Assembly: GCA_040755455.1 (NCBI GenBank)
Contig: JBFMAY010000001.1
Location: forward strand, 32,001-96,000
DNA length: 64,000 nt
Reading direction: 5' to 3'
Origin: Thermodesulfobacteriota bacterium
GTDB taxonomy: Bacteria; Desulfobacterota; Desulfobulbia; Desulfobulbales; SURF-16
Below, one piece after another: positions 9,906-18,590 of this stretch. The position numbers were made by a program, and so were the translations under genes. The notes below the pieces were generated by a model. It ran no database searches. It had not been told where the DNA came from and saw only the letters and a program-made list of their open reading frames with translations. Position 1 is the first letter of the stretch, and the number at the start of each line of letters is the position of its first letter.

Positions 9906-10871
9906 ATGAGAGACAAAGTAAATAACGCAGACAGGGGCAGGAACCTGCCGTTGTGGGCCGTGCACAGCCTGATGCTGGTGGCCTCGATCATCGTGGCAAG
10001 CTCGTTTCCCGTGGGAGCGGCGATCACCCGCGGCCTTGATCCGGCCGTGCTCATCCTCGTCCGCTATGTGCTGGCCGTTCTTTTTTTCGCCCCGGTTCTC
10101 ATCCTGCGTCACGGGTTTACCCTGCCACCGCTGCGGCAGCTCTGCGGGTACAGCGCCGTCAGCGCCGCCACGGTCGGCTTTTTCTGGTGCATGTTTGAAT
10201 CACTGCGTTACACCAGTGCCTTGAATACCAGTGTCATCTTCACCCTGGTGCCCGGCATCTCGGGCCTTTACAGCGCCGTCTTTCTCAAGGAGAGACTGGG
10301 GCGGCCCCGTCTCATCGCCCTTTTTTTAGGGATGATCGGGGCCGTGTGGGTCATTTTCCGCGGCGATATCCACCGCCTGGTCGCCCTTGAAATAAATTAC
10401 GGAGACAGTATCTTTCTGGCCGGCTGTTTCATGATGGCTGCCTATACTCCGCTGGTCAAACGGATCCACCGCCAGGAATCCATGGTGGTCATGACCTTCT
10501 GGGTGCTGGCCACCGGGGTGGGGTGGCTGCTTGTTCTTTCCCTGCCGCATCTGGCCGCGGTCAATTGGCAGGGGGTGGCGACGGGGGTCTGGGTCGGCAT
10601 CATCTACCTGGCCGTCTTTTCCACCATCGTCACCTTCTACCTGACCCACATCTCCACCCTCTATCTGGGGCCGACCAGGGTGATGGCCTACAGCTATTTT
10701 TATCCGGCCTTTGTTTTGCTGATCGACTGGGGCCTCGGCCATGGTCTGCCACCGGCCATGATTCTGCCCGGGGTGATGGTGGTCACCCTGGCCACAGTGG
10801 TCCTGCAACGGGGGGCGGCGGAGAATGCCTCGACCGGCCAGGAGGAATGGCAGGATTTGGCAAAGAGATGA
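9906..10871 (+). CDS. DMT/EamA family transporter
   Basis: About 10 TM helices in two repeats; SLRYTSALN and FLKERL motifs; start uncertain. Confidence 0.85.
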   Translation: MRDKVNNADRGRNLPLWAVHSLMLVASIIVASSFPVGAAITRGLDPAVLILVRYVLAVLFFAPVLILRHGFTLPPLRQLCGYSAVSAATVGFFWCMFESLRYTSALNTSVIFTLVPGISGLYSAVFLKERLGRPRLIALFLGMIGAVWVIFRGDIHRLVALEINYGDSIFLAGCFMMAAYTPLVKRIHRQESMVVMTFWVLATGVGWLLVLSLPHLAAVNWQGVATGVWVGIIYLAVFSTIVTFYLTHISTLYLGPTRVMAYSYFYPAFVLLIDWGLGHGLPPAMILPGVMVVTLATVVLQRGAAENASTGQEEWQDLAKR

Positions 10872-11938
10872 AAGCGAAAACCGATCTGCGGGATCTGACA
10901 TACAGCCGGCTGGCTGAGTACATGGAGGGGCTTGGCCTGCCTTCTTCCCGGGCCCGCTTTGTCTTTGCCTGGCTGCAGCGGCCTGGTACAAAAGATTTTT
11001 CCCACATGGTTGACGTCAGCAGGGAGATCTGCGCCACTCTTGCCGAGCATGCCGTGATCAGTAGCCTGGTCCCCGCCGCGGTGGAACAGTCCCGGGATGG
11101 CACGGTGAAATTCGCCTTTGAGCTGAACGACGGCGCGGTGGTGGAGAGTGTGCTCATTCCGGAAAAGGTCCGGCACACCTTGTGCGTTTCCTCCCAGGCA
11201 GGATGCGCCATGGGATGCCGGTTCTGTCTCACGGGTTCCATGGGTTTCCGCCGCAACCTGCGGCCAGGGGAAATCGTCGGCCAGGTGATTGCCGTGATGG
11301 AATATATGATGGGTGCCGGCGTGGTCCGGACCACCCCCAGGGAGCTGATCAATAATCTGGTGTTCATGGGCATGGGTGAACCGCTGGCCAATTATGACAA
11401 CCTCCTTGCCGCGCTCCGCATCCTCATGGACGAACGCGGCCTTGAATTCACCGAGCGGCGCATCACGGTATCCACCTGCGGCATAGCGCCGCGCATCAGG
11501 GACTTGGGCCGGGATATCCGGGTCAATCTCGCCGTCTCGCTGCATGCCGCCGATGATGAGACGCGCAGCCGCATTATGCCGGTCAACAAGGCCTACGGCA
11601 TGGATGAGCTGCTCGCGGCCTGCCGCACTTTTCCGCTGCCCGGCAAAAAGGTCATCCTGTTTGAGTATATTCTCATCAAGGGGATCAACGATGCAGAAGG
11701 TGACGCGCGCATGCTTGCCGAAAAGCTGCACGGCATCCCCTGCCGGATCAACCTGCTGCCGTTCAACGAGTCGCAGTCCCTTGTTTACCAGTGTCCGGAC
11801 GAGCAGCACATCCTGCGGTTCCAGAAGATTCTCCGCGATGCCGGCTACCGCACATTTATCAGGAGCAGCCGCGGTGCCGATATTTCCGCCGCCTGCGGCC
11901 AGCTCGCCTCATCAGGAAAAAGAGATGAACAGACATGA
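10868..11938 (+). CDS. rlmN: 23S rRNA m2A2503 / tRNA methyltransferase RlmN
   Basis: CVSSQAGCAMGCRFC, MGMGEP, ADISAACGQL; ATG 10868 overlaps the upstream stop. Confidence 0.95.
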   Translation: MKAKTDLRDLTYSRLAEYMEGLGLPSSRARFVFAWLQRPGTKDFSHMVDVSREICATLAEHAVISSLVPAAVEQSRDGTVKFAFELNDGAVVESVLIPEKVRHTLCVSSQAGCAMGCRFCLTGSMGFRRNLRPGEIVGQVIAVMEYMMGAGVVRTTPRELINNLVFMGMGEPLANYDNLLAALRILMDERGLEFTERRITVSTCGIAPRIRDLGRDIRVNLAVSLHAADDETRSRIMPVNKAYGMDELLAACRTFPLPGKKVILFEYILIKGINDAEGDARMLAEKLHGIPCRINLLPFNESQSLVYQCPDEQHILRFQKILRDAGYRTFIRSSRGADISAACGQLASSGKRDEQT

Positions 11939-12935
11939 GAAGCCGAAAAGGCAGACCGTATTCCACAACCTGCCCCCCGATGCGGTCATCACCCTGGTGG
12001 AGAAGGCACTTGGCGTGCACTGCACCAATCTCTGCCGGCCATTAAACAGCTATATCAACCGGGTCTATGAACTGCAGGCAGAGGACGGCGCCGGTCTCAT
12101 CGTCAAATTCTACCGGCCGGGAAGATGGTCACAGGCTGCCCTGCAGGATGAGCATGATTTCCTGCTGGAGCTGCATGGGGAGGAGATCCCGGTGGTGGCG
12201 CCGTTGCCCCTGTCCAATGGCCAGACCCTGGGCAGCCACGGCAATATGTATTTTGTCCTGTTCCCGAAAAAAGGTGGACGAAGCTATGATGAATATAACG
12301 ATGAGCAGTGGCAGGAGCTGGGGCGGCTGCTGGGCCGCACTCATATGGTGGGGGAGCGGCATCGGCCCAGGGACAGGATCATCATGGCCCCGGATAGATC
12401 AACCAGCGCGCAGCTTGCCTATATCCTGGCCGGTAATTTCATGCCCCCTGATCTGGCCGGCCGCTTTAAGGATTTAGCCGGCGAAATTATCGAAGAGATC
12501 AAACCGCGCTTTGCCGGCCTGGATATGATCCGCATCCATGGCGACTGCCACTTTGCCAACCTCATTTACCGGCCGGGCGAGTCCTTTCATATCGTCGATT
12601 TCGATGACATGGCGGTGGGGCCGCCGGTACAGGATTTCTGGATGCTGCTGCCCGGCCACATGCAGGAGTCCCTGGCGGAAATTGAGATTTTTCTTGAAGG
12701 CTACGAGACCTTCCGTCATTTTGACCGGCGGACCCTCTCCCTCATCGAGCCGCTCCGGGCCATGCGTTACATCCATTACCTGGCCTGGTGCGCCCACCAG
12801 GTTGCCGAGGACGGCTTTTCTCATGTGGCCCCTGATTTCAGCACGCCCCATTACTGGCAGCGGGAAATCAATGATCTGGTCGAGCAGCTTGACCGCATCA
12901 GATCAGCCCCGGCGCAGTTCGGTAATTTCTTGTGA
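11925..12935 (+). CDS. srkA: Ser/Thr protein kinase, SrkA/RdoA (YihE) family
   Basis: LNSYINRVY, KFYRPGRWS, IHGDCH, DFDD, PVQDFWMLL. Confidence 0.9.
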   Translation: MNRHEKPKRQTVFHNLPPDAVITLVEKALGVHCTNLCRPLNSYINRVYELQAEDGAGLIVKFYRPGRWSQAALQDEHDFLLELHGEEIPVVAPLPLSNGQTLGSHGNMYFVLFPKKGGRSYDEYNDEQWQELGRLLGRTHMVGERHRPRDRIIMAPDRSTSAQLAYILAGNFMPPDLAGRFKDLAGEIIEEIKPRFAGLDMIRIHGDCHFANLIYRPGESFHIVDFDDMAVGPPVQDFWMLLPGHMQESLAEIEIFLEGYETFRHFDRRTLSLIEPLRAMRYIHYLAWCAHQVAEDGFSHVAPDFSTPHYWQREINDLVEQLDRIRSAPAQFGNFL

Positions 12936-14836
12936 AAGACCGGGCTGCTGCTATGACGCCGTTGCCGCTTCGTCGAATTCCTGCTTCGTTTGCCCCGGCC
13001 GGGCTGCGATGGAACATGGCCGTCTGGCTGACGGCCCTGCTGCTGGTGCTGCAGAGCCTCGCCGCTCAGGCTGCTGAGATACCGCTCAAGGCGGAAGAGG
13101 CCTTTAGGTTTGATGCGATGGTCAAGGACGGCACCATCCAGGCCAGCTGGACGGCGGCGGATGATTACTTTATGTACCGCGACACCATCTCCTTTGCTTC
13201 CGGCACGCCGGGGGTGGAGCTCGGGGCGCCCGTGTATCCGTCTGGCCAGCTCAAGCATGGCCTGAAGCCCGACGGGTCCGAGGGGGAAGTGGAAACCTAC
13301 AGCCGCACGGTTACGATCACGGTGCCTATTACCAGGGGTGCAGCCGGCGCATTCACGCTCATCGCCCATGGCCAGGGATGCGCCGAAAAACTGGGTCTCT
13401 GCTATCCGCCGCAGACCCGGGAAAAGGTGCTGACCCTGGCTCCGACCGTTGCGGCGGCGGAGGTTGAAGAAGACAGCTCTGCGGCAACAGCAGGCGGGCA
13501 AGAATCTGCGGCATTATGGGAAACCCTCGGCAGTCTGCTCCTGGCCTTCCTGTCCGGTCTCGGTCTGGCCGCCACGCCGTGCGTGCTGCCCATGCTGCCC
13601 ATCATCTCCGCCATCATTGCCGGCCAGGGCAAAAATCTGACCAGATCGCGGGGCGGTATCCTGGCAGCGGTTTATGTGCTGGGCACGGCGGTGGTCTGGT
13701 CAGCGGCCGGAGTGCTGGCAGGCTCAACGGGGAAACAGCTGCAGGCCTATACCTCGCATCCTTACTTCCTGCTGCCCGCGGCCGTGGTCCTGCTCCTGCT
13801 GTCACTGGCCATGTTCGGGGTCTATGATCTGCAGATTCCGGCCGTTCTGCAGTCCCGGGCCCAGGTCAAAGCCAGCGGCCTGCGCGGCGGGACCTTTGCC
13901 GGGGTGTTCATGATGGGGATGCTGTCCTCGGTCATTGCCGGCGCCTGCGTCTCGCCGATCCTGATTCTCAATCTGGGTGCCGCGCTGGACAGCCAGGACC
14001 CGCTTCTCGGCGGGGCCATCATGCTGCTCATGGCCCTGGGACTGGGGGTGCCCATCATCCTGCTGGGTATCGGCGGGGGATGGTTGCTGCCCAGGGCCGG
14101 GGCCTGGATGAATACGGTGAAGCATGCCTTCGGCCTTGCCATGATCGCTCTCGCCCTGACCATTGTCACCTCGATCCCCTGGCTGCCGGTGCTGTATCTG
14201 TGGGCGCCGTTTCTCGTCATCACCGGGGGGTACCTGGCGGCGCCTCGATCCATGGCGGCCGGGGCTGGCGGCTGGCGGTACCTGGGGAAGGGGGGCGGCA
14301 TTCTGCTGATCATCTGGGGCGTCGTGGCCCTGGTCGGTGCCGGGCAGGGTAACCGGGAGATCCTGCGGCCGGTGCGGTTGAACTTCGGGTCGATCATCGT
14401 GGGCGGCGCTGGGGTGAATCGTGAATCTGCTGCGCCGCTGTTTGAGCGGGTCAATGATCTCGAAGAGATGACGGCAAGGTTTGACCAGGCCAGGGCGATG
14501 GGCAAGCCGGTGTTTCTTGATTACTATGCGCGGTGGTGTACGGATTGCAACATCATGGAGAAAAATGTTTTCAGTGACAGCGAGGTCAGGCAATATCTCA
14601 AGTCCAGCTTTGTGGTCATCCAGGCTGACTTGACGAATCAGTATGACGAACGCACCCAGCCTCTCAAGGACAGGTTCGGCGTCTTCGGGCCACCGGTCAT
14701 GCTGTTTTTTGATAAAGACGGCAGACTGGTGAAAAAGGTGTATGGCGTCCTGTCAAAGAGTGAATTCATCGAAATGGCCAGAGCCGTTGCCGGAAAAAAC
14801 GGCCCTGCGCCTCCGGCGGCACCGGAGCGCCGATGA
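12932..14836 (+). CDS. dsbD: Thiol:disulfide interchange protein DsbD
   Basis: N-domain QGCAEKLGLCYPP, TM cysteines TPCVLP and ACVSP, thioredoxin motif WCTDC. Confidence 0.93.
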   Translation: MKDRAAAMTPLPLRRIPASFAPAGLRWNMAVWLTALLLVLQSLAAQAAEIPLKAEEAFRFDAMVKDGTIQASWTAADDYFMYRDTISFASGTPGVELGAPVYPSGQLKHGLKPDGSEGEVETYSRTVTITVPITRGAAGAFTLIAHGQGCAEKLGLCYPPQTREKVLTLAPTVAAAEVEEDSSAATAGGQESAALWETLGSLLLAFLSGLGLAATPCVLPMLPIISAIIAGQGKNLTRSRGGILAAVYVLGTAVVWSAAGVLAGSTGKQLQAYTSHPYFLLPAAVVLLLLSLAMFGVYDLQIPAVLQSRAQVKASGLRGGTFAGVFMMGMLSSVIAGACVSPILILNLGAALDSQDPLLGGAIMLLMALGLGVPIILLGIGGGWLLPRAGAWMNTVKHAFGLAMIALALTIVTSIPWLPVLYLWAPFLVITGGYLAAPRSMAAGAGGWRYLGKGGGILLIIWGVVALVGAGQGNREILRPVRLNFGSIIVGGAGVNRESAAPLFERVNDLEEMTARFDQARAMGKPVFLDYYARWCTDCNIMEKNVFSDSEVRQYLKSSFVVIQADLTNQYDERTQPLKDRFGVFGPPVMLFFDKDGRLVKKVYGVLSKSEFIEMARAVAGKNGPAPPAAPERR

Positions 14837-14858
14837 GGCTGCTCCACGTCCCAGGCCG

Positions 14859-15221
14859 CTACCAGAGGACGATTACCTTTCTGCCGCGCACCATGGCAGC
14901 GCGCACCTTCTCCATGTGCCGCAGGGCTGCTATCTCCCTTTCCATGTCACCGGTTCGCACCGACAATCGTTGGGCCAGTTCGGCAAGGGTCAGGCCCGCA
15001 TTGTCTTTGAGCAGGTCCAGAATTTTTTCCTGCAGCCCGCCGGATTGCATGGTCTCGCCCCTTGATTTGGCGATGGAGGCGCTGCGTACCGCCCATGGAT
15101 CGCATGTCTTGGCCGGAGAGAGATGATCCATGTAACAGTCCTCGCAGAGCACCCGGCCATGCAGGTATCGCTCTTCCCCCTCATCAATGTCAGCCCGGCA
15201 GTTTTCCCTGTCACACTTCAT
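14859..15221 (-). CDS. Zn-finger-like plus winged-helix protein
   Basis: CDRENC...LCEDC...CDPWAV, then a wHTH-like C-terminus. Confidence 0.65.
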   Translation of the reverse strand: MKCDRENCRADIDEGEERYLHGRVLCEDCYMDHLSPAKTCDPWAVRSASIAKSRGETMQSGGLQEKILDLLKDNAGLTLAELAQRLSVRTGDMEREIAALRHMEKVRAAMVRGRKVIVLW

Positions 15222-15889
15222 CCTGTTCCCCCCCTGTTGCGTTCAGCCTTTGCGGCGGTGAGGAGAAATACCGGATAGTCACGCACCTGGCCCTGGGCAT
15301 TCGCCTTGGTGATCACATGAACCCTGGCTATGCTGACCTGGGCGAATCCGCAGGCGGTTGCCAGTTTGGCCAGCTGTCGGGGATCAAAGCCGAGATGTTC
15401 CACGCCTGCCATGTCTCCGTGGAAGGTGCCGTCCTCTTTTTCAAGGTCGGCCATGGCCAGAAAGCCGTCAGGTGTCAGCAGTTGCCGGCATTGTTGTAAA
15501 ACAGCGGCATTATCCTTGATGTGATGCAGGGTCATGCTGCTGTAAATCAGGTTGAAACTCCGGCCGGCAAGCAAATGATCATCTTTGCTCAGATCAACCT
15601 GCAGCGTCTCGATGTTGGCTAACGACTGGCCGTTGATCTTTTCCTGCAGGACCTGGAGCATGCCTCTCGAGGTGTCGGTGGCGACAATACTTTGCAGATG
15701 CGGGGCAAGTTCCGTGGTGATGAGGCCGGTGCCGCAGCCGATTTCCAGGGCGCACATGTCACCGGTGAGTGGAACCGCATTCCTGATGGCTGCTGCGACG
15801 CTTTTGGCGAGCTTAAGGCGCTGGCAGTTCTTGTCCCAATCCGCAGCGGCCTGGTCAAATATTTCCCTTGTCATGGTTTCTCCCGTCAA
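15218..15889 (-). CDS. Class I SAM-dependent methyltransferase
   Basis: LEIGCGTG, SSMTLHH. Confidence 0.9.
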   Translation of the reverse strand: MTGETMTREIFDQAAADWDKNCQRLKLAKSVAAAIRNAVPLTGDMCALEIGCGTGLITTELAPHLQSIVATDTSRGMLQVLQEKINGQSLANIETLQVDLSKDDHLLAGRSFNLIYSSMTLHHIKDNAAVLQQCRQLLTPDGFLAMADLEKEDGTFHGDMAGVEHLGFDPRQLAKLATACGFAQVSIARVHVITKANAQGQVRDYPVFLLTAAKAERNRGGTG

Positions 15890-16252
15890 TCCATTGGTTC
15901 TGCCGGGTTGCGGTTATTTTTCCTGTCGGCCATGATGGGCAGCGCCATTGCGGTGAAAAAAAATCTCCGCCGGCTGCGGCCGACTGTTGAAAATTTTCAT
16001 ATCTTTTACTGCTGCCCGGCGGGATTTGCAAATGGTCTTTTTATTTTCCGGCCTATCATTCAGGCTGTTTGGGTCATGGTCATCGTGATAAGCTGCGCAG
16101 GGGAAAAGAGTTGCCCGGCTCATCTAAACAGTTGACTTTCTGGGTTGATGCCTTAATGTACGGTAAATGGAGCCCGATGATGCCACGACAGCAGGCCTCA
16201 TCGGGATTTTTTTCGTAAATGGATGTCCAGTACATCCTTCAGGAGGTAATTT

Positions 16253-16798
16253 GTGAATATTGCAGATAAATTATATGTGGCGATTGATTACAGGCTGACA
16301 CTGGATTCAGGTGAGGAAATTGACAAATCCACGGCCGGCGAGCCCCTTGGTTTTATTACCGGATCAGGGCAGATTATTCCTGGCCTGGAAAATGCCCTGA
16401 TGGGTATGAAGGTCGGTGACAGCTCCCGCATCGTGGTGGAGGCGGAAGATGCCTACGGTGCAATCAGTGAGGATCTGTTCCAGGACATCCCCATGGAGCA
16501 ATTTCCTGATGGGGTCAAGGTTGAGCCCGGCATGACCTTTGAGGCTCATGGCCCCCATGGTCCGGTCATGATCAGTGTGGCCAGGGTGAATGCCATTGAT
16601 GATACCGTGACCGTCGATCTCAATCATCCTCTGGCCGGCAAACGACTCTGTTTTGATGTGAATGTGGTCGAAGTGCGGGAACCCAGTGCGGAGGAGCTGT
16701 CTGAACTGGCCGCCGACTGCGGCTGCGGCTGCGGTTCCCAGAGCGGGGGCAGCTGCGAACCCGCCGGCGGTTGCGGGTCGGGTTGTAATTGCTGCTGA
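16253..16798 (+). CDS. slyD: FKBP-type peptidyl-prolyl isomerase SlyD with Cys-rich tail
   Basis: IIPGLENAL, DAYG, DLNHPLAGK; AGGAGG before the GTG start. Confidence 0.93.
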   Translation: MNIADKLYVAIDYRLTLDSGEEIDKSTAGEPLGFITGSGQIIPGLENALMGMKVGDSSRIVVEAEDAYGAISEDLFQDIPMEQFPDGVKVEPGMTFEAHGPHGPVMISVARVNAIDDTVTVDLNHPLAGKRLCFDVNVVEVREPSAEELSELAADCGCGCGSQSGGSCEPAGGCGSGCNCC

Positions 16799-16861
16799 TT
16801 AAGCGCAGTCTCTATTCCTCCCCCGTGTGCTGCAGGCAACCCCTGCCCAGGTTGCGGCGGT

Positions 16862-16893
16862 GACAGACGGACTGGGTGCCCAGTCCGTCTGTC
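16862..16893. repeat. Near-perfect 32-bp palindrome
   Basis: GACAGACGGACTGGG-TG-CCCAGTCCGTCTGTC. Confidence 0.85.
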
Positions 16894-17211
16894 CGTTTCG
16901 TCGTCGGCAATGACGAGCCGGTTGCGCCCCACCTGTCGTCGTCGTATGGCAACGGGGGTGGCGTTCCTGTTTGTGCCCGAGTATCGTCCTCCCACAATTT
17001 TCCTCTCTTTTCTTTCGTATGATATCCGGAAACGTGGAAAAATGTTCCACAAAATTGGATTTGCTTCCGGCATTCTGAAAAATATCCTGGGTAAAAAGCT
17101 TTCATGATCTCTTGCCAGGGAGTGGAGTATATTCCCCAAAAGGAGTACATTCTGCTCAATGACAAGCCGGTCAAGGATGAACGGCTATCCCGTATTTTAC
17201 CGTTTATCCTT

Positions 17212-17228
17212 CTGGCAGGATTATTGCT
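17212..17228 (+). promoter_or_regulatory. Putative sigma-54 promoter upstream of the PEP-CTERM/cytochrome cluster
   Basis: CTGGCAGGATTATTGCT, one mismatch to YTGGCACGRNNNTTGCW. Confidence 0.65.
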
Positions 17229-17613
17229 AGGAAGAAGTGGTAATTTGCCGCGAGCATTGCGTAACAGACCGTCACAGTTTTCTTTTCCGGAGAAAGGCAT
17301 AAAAGGGAGGTGATCCGCGAGGAATGAACGGAAAGGTGCTGCGCAACGGGATTCATGGCGGTTGCGGATTTTTAAACCGGGAGGGGTAAAAAATCCGCCT
17401 TGGTAAATAACCGTTTCCTTTTTTCTGCTGGAGGGGATTCTGTAGTCGTGGTGCGACAATTTGCCGCATGCTCAACGCCTTGACAGCAAGAGGAAAAGGC
17501 TGTTTAAGTCATTTTCGAGGGAAATGACAAATTGTCGCAGGAGAGCAACATTATGCCCTCCGGGCGGAGAAATTGTTGTTGAGAAAAATGAAATGAGGAA
17601 ATGAGGGAAAAAC

Positions 17614-18309
17614 ATGAGGAAATTAATAGCTCCCATTGGAGCTGCCATGCTCTGTTTCGGCTTTGCCGGGACGGCGGCGGCAGCGACGTATTACACTGAG
17701 GGTACTCTGGTTATTCCAGATGATGCTACTGCGACTGTTGATGAGCCTAATGAAGGGATCTACGCTGATATAGATTTAGATATTGGCGACATCTCGGGCA
17801 TCGTCACCGATGTCAATGTGTTTGTGGACATCAGCCATACCAGTATTGGCGATCTGGAAATCTACCTTTATCACTCGGCTGACGGAGGGGACACCTGGAA
17901 ATCCGTACAGCTATTCAATCATGATCTTTTTTTCTTTCCAGGCTATGATTATCAATACAATAGCCTCGATAACATGACCGACGTTCTTTTTGACGACCAG
18001 GCCGATATCTCAATTAGCGACCCAACCGTTCGGGCACCCTACGGTCCTGGTTCCTTTCAACCAACCTCTTCTCCCGAAGAAGGCGAAAGCAATTTGCTGG
18101 CCGATTTCAATGGTGATCTGGCCGCAGGAATCTGGAGTCTTTATATCTTCGATTGGAAAAAGGGTGACACCGGTACCTTAAACGACCTCCATGTTGAGAT
18201 TGCAACGAAAGATGACCCGGCCAGCCCCGTGCCGCTGCCAGGTGCCGTTGTGTTTCTCGGGTCAGGACTCGGTGCCTTAGCCGCCGCCCGCCGCGCGAGA
18301 CGGAAATAA
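17614..18309 (+). CDS. PEP-CTERM (VPLPA-type) surface protein with proprotein convertase P-domain
   Basis: Signal peptide; VTDVNVFVDISHTSIGDLEIYL and FNGDLAAGIWSLYIFD..GDTGTL; C-terminal PVPLPGA + TM + RRARRK. Confidence 0.85.
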   Translation: MRKLIAPIGAAMLCFGFAGTAAAATYYTEGTLVIPDDATATVDEPNEGIYADIDLDIGDISGIVTDVNVFVDISHTSIGDLEIYLYHSADGGDTWKSVQLFNHDLFFFPGYDYQYNSLDNMTDVLFDDQADISISDPTVRAPYGPGSFQPTSSPEEGESNLLADFNGDLAAGIWSLYIFDWKKGDTGTLNDLHVEIATKDDPASPVPLPGAVVFLGSGLGALAAARRARRK

Positions 18310-18590
18310 GTTTTAGCTGTCTCTCCGGCAGGGCCACAATCCTCCTGGAAATCAATTTCCCCGGCTGCAGCAGTCTGCAGCGATACTGTCGTATGCATCC
18401 TGCAGACCGGGGTTGTTCTGCCCCGGGAAAAATGCGCGTCGCGTATGCCGAACACTACGGAGAGATTATCCATGCAGATTCTGCCGTTTTAGTTTTATGC
18501 AAAGGGGGTGATTGCAACACGGAGGAAAGATTGCATTAAGAGGGTAACTGAGGAAAAAAGTTGAGGAATCATTTTGATGAGGGGAAAGAA

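Noticed and set aside
16160..16190. Fluoride riboswitch (CCGATGATGCC resembles its 3' motif)
   Set aside because: The 5' GGNGATG pairing element is absent and the downstream gene is unrelated.
16796..17107. Selenocysteine readthrough of the slyD TGA (frame stays open and contains more Cys)
   Set aside because: No convincing SECIS at the right spacing; the extension runs through a palindrome and promoter DNA, and SlyD is already full length.
16800..18590. GEMM-I (c-di-GMP/cGAMP) riboswitch, as found upstream of Geobacter omcS
   Set aside because: No GGCAAA..GAAA..GACGCAAAG-type pattern seen here or before the other cytochrome genes; an Infernal scan would be decisive.
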